DNA of 15,829 nt from Planctomycetales bacterium (GTDB lineage: Bacteria; 4484-113). Positions 14,777-15,829 of this stretch are shown here, one piece after another. Numbering within the stretch: position 1 is the first letter of the stretch; each line of letters starts with the position of its first letter. The notes beneath the pieces were generated by a model that saw only the letters and a list, made by a program, of their open reading frames with translations, searched no databases and had not been told where the DNA came from. The stretch is taken from the NCBI GenBank assembly GCA_037445915.1, contig JBBIJQ010000044.1, positions 1 to 15,829 on the forward strand, in the 5' to 3' direction. Position numbers and translations under genes: made by a program.

Positions 14777-14941
14777 TTGAAGAAGTACGTTTGCGACGTT
14801 TGCGGCTACATTTACGATCCGGCTGTCGGCGACCCGATGTCAAGCGTTCCCGCTGGCACCGAATTTGAAAGCCTGGATGCGGCTTACACTTGCCCTGTCT
14901 GCGGCGCGCCTAAGACCCGTTTCTCTCTGATTGAGGATTAG
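14777..14941 (+). CDS. rub: Rubredoxin (54 aa; not in ORF track)
   Basis: GGAGG RBS then [57 protein letters not shown], with CxxCGY and CPxCG motifs. Confidence 0.95.
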   Translation: MKKYVCDVCGYIYDPAVGDPMSSVPAGTEFESLDAAYTCPVCGAPKTRFSLIED

Positions 14942-14955
14942 CGAACCGCGGCCGG

Positions 14956-15456
14956 TTACTCCTCCGGCGGCCTCCCGTAGCTGGCCCATTCCTCGCGCGA
15001 GGGACCATAAGGCCCTGGCACTTTTAAGCCGGCAACGCGCATGAGCGTTGAGAGCTGTCCCCGGTGGTGCGTCTGGTGAAGCAACAGAACGCCCAGAGTC
15101 GTTCCGCGCGCCCACTGCTCGCCATACATATCATCCACAACAAGAAGGTCGGCATCCGCCCACTTGGCCTTCATTTCAGTGGCTAGGCTGGAAGCTGCCT
15201 CGCCATAGGCTGCCCTAAGCGCTTCAGCGCTTGCAGGCGGTGCTGCGCCCATTACCGGCCCGGCAATGCTCAGGCCGGTGCGGCCCATCATCTCAGGGAT
15301 AGACTGGATGATATGCCAGACAACGAGCGCTAGGGGGCGTTCTCCCGGCGCTGCGGCAACAGCCAGAGACTCATCCGTCAGTTCAGCGAGCATCTTCTTC
15401 GTCGCGCTGGATTCGTAATCCCAACTGCGCAGAAATTCCTCAATAGCAGTGAACAT
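14956..15456 (-). CDS. DinB family protein (putative thiol transferase / metalloprotein)
   Basis: AGGAGG RBS. VVWHII and LLLHQTHHRGQLST provide the His triad; C-terminal KVPGPYGPSREEW. Confidence 0.88.
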   Translation of the reverse strand: MFTAIEEFLRSWDYESSATKKMLAELTDESLAVAAAPGERPLALVVWHIIQSIPEMMGRTGLSIAGPVMGAAPPASAEALRAAYGEAASSLATEMKAKWADADLLVVDDMYGEQWARGTTLGVLLLHQTHHRGQLSTLMRVAGLKVPGPYGPSREEWASYGRPPEE

Positions 15457-15512
15457 CGTGCCCTCCTAGGAATAATAAGCGGTTACCCCTGCCACAAACT
15501 GCTAGGCCTACG

Positions 15513-15829
15513 TCAGGGAAGGTAGTTTGTGTGGTCGTGGGCGAGAAGCTTGTTTCGGCGGGAAGCGCGCAGGTCAAGCGCGATAAGGAAGCCAGCAATG
15601 AGCGCTGTTCCTACCGACGCGCAGGAGTCCGCAAGGTTGAAGACTGGAAAGTCATATCGCACGACTGGTATCAACACGTCTATGAAATCCACAACTTCCT
15701 GCAGCCGGAAACGGTCAATCATATTCCCAACCGCGCCACCGAGCACCAACCCCAACGCGACCGTAAGCAGGAAGTTTCGCCGCGCGTAGCGCGCCCATAT
15801 CCAGCAGATTATGACGCTAAGCAGCAAAC
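15513..15829 (-). CDS. lspA: Lipoprotein signal peptidase (signal peptidase II), 3' part; start lies beyond the window
   Basis: LVLGGAVGNMIDR, VVDFID and FPVFNLADS catalytic motifs. Confidence 0.93.
   Translation of the reverse strand, partial: LLLSVIICWIWARYARRNFLLTVALGLVLGGAVGNMIDRFRLQEVVDFIDVLIPVVRYDFPVFNLADSCASVGTALIAGFLIALDLRASRRNKLLAHDHTNYLP

Noticed and set aside
14840..15115. 91-aa minus ORF
   Set aside because: Overlaps rubredoxin antisense and the dinB-family gene out of frame.
1..15829. CRISPR array, tRNA/rRNA, transposase/integrase, selenocysteine recoding or programmed frameshift
   Set aside because: No regularly spaced repeats, RNA-gene signatures or recombinase motifs seen. 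The redox genes are intact with Cys at catalytic positions and no in-frame TGA interruptions.

Overview
Moderately GC-rich bacterial chromosomal window, probably from an anaerobe or microaerophile (inferred from gene content). Left end: 5' part of a large minus-strand putative lipoprotein with a dockerin-like paired Ca-loop module and tandem PKD domains (absent from the ORF track because it runs off the window). It is divergent from a stand-alone EF-G2-type elongation factor paralogue, which is followed by an inverted REP-like doublet, a cupin gene, a start-less gene remnant and a DUF438/hemerythrin-like/PAS gene. Core (about 5.6-14.9 kb): a tightly packed 12-gene oxygen/peroxide/metal defence operon with a clear sigma70 promoter. 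Its genes are a PerR-like regulator, P1B-type heavy-metal ATPase, CopZ-like protein, rubrerythrin, thiol peroxidase, desulfoferrodoxin, ferritin, cydA, cydB, a ferritin-like diiron protein, flavodiiron protein FprA and a rubredoxin missed by the ORF track. Right end: convergent DinB-family gene and the 3' part of lspA. The individual families are known. The best leads for something new are the P1B-2/CopZ pair at the head of a PerR-led operon and the adjacent DUF438 protein. No CRISPR array, tRNA/rRNA or transposase was seen. All calls come from manual motif reading, with no database searches.
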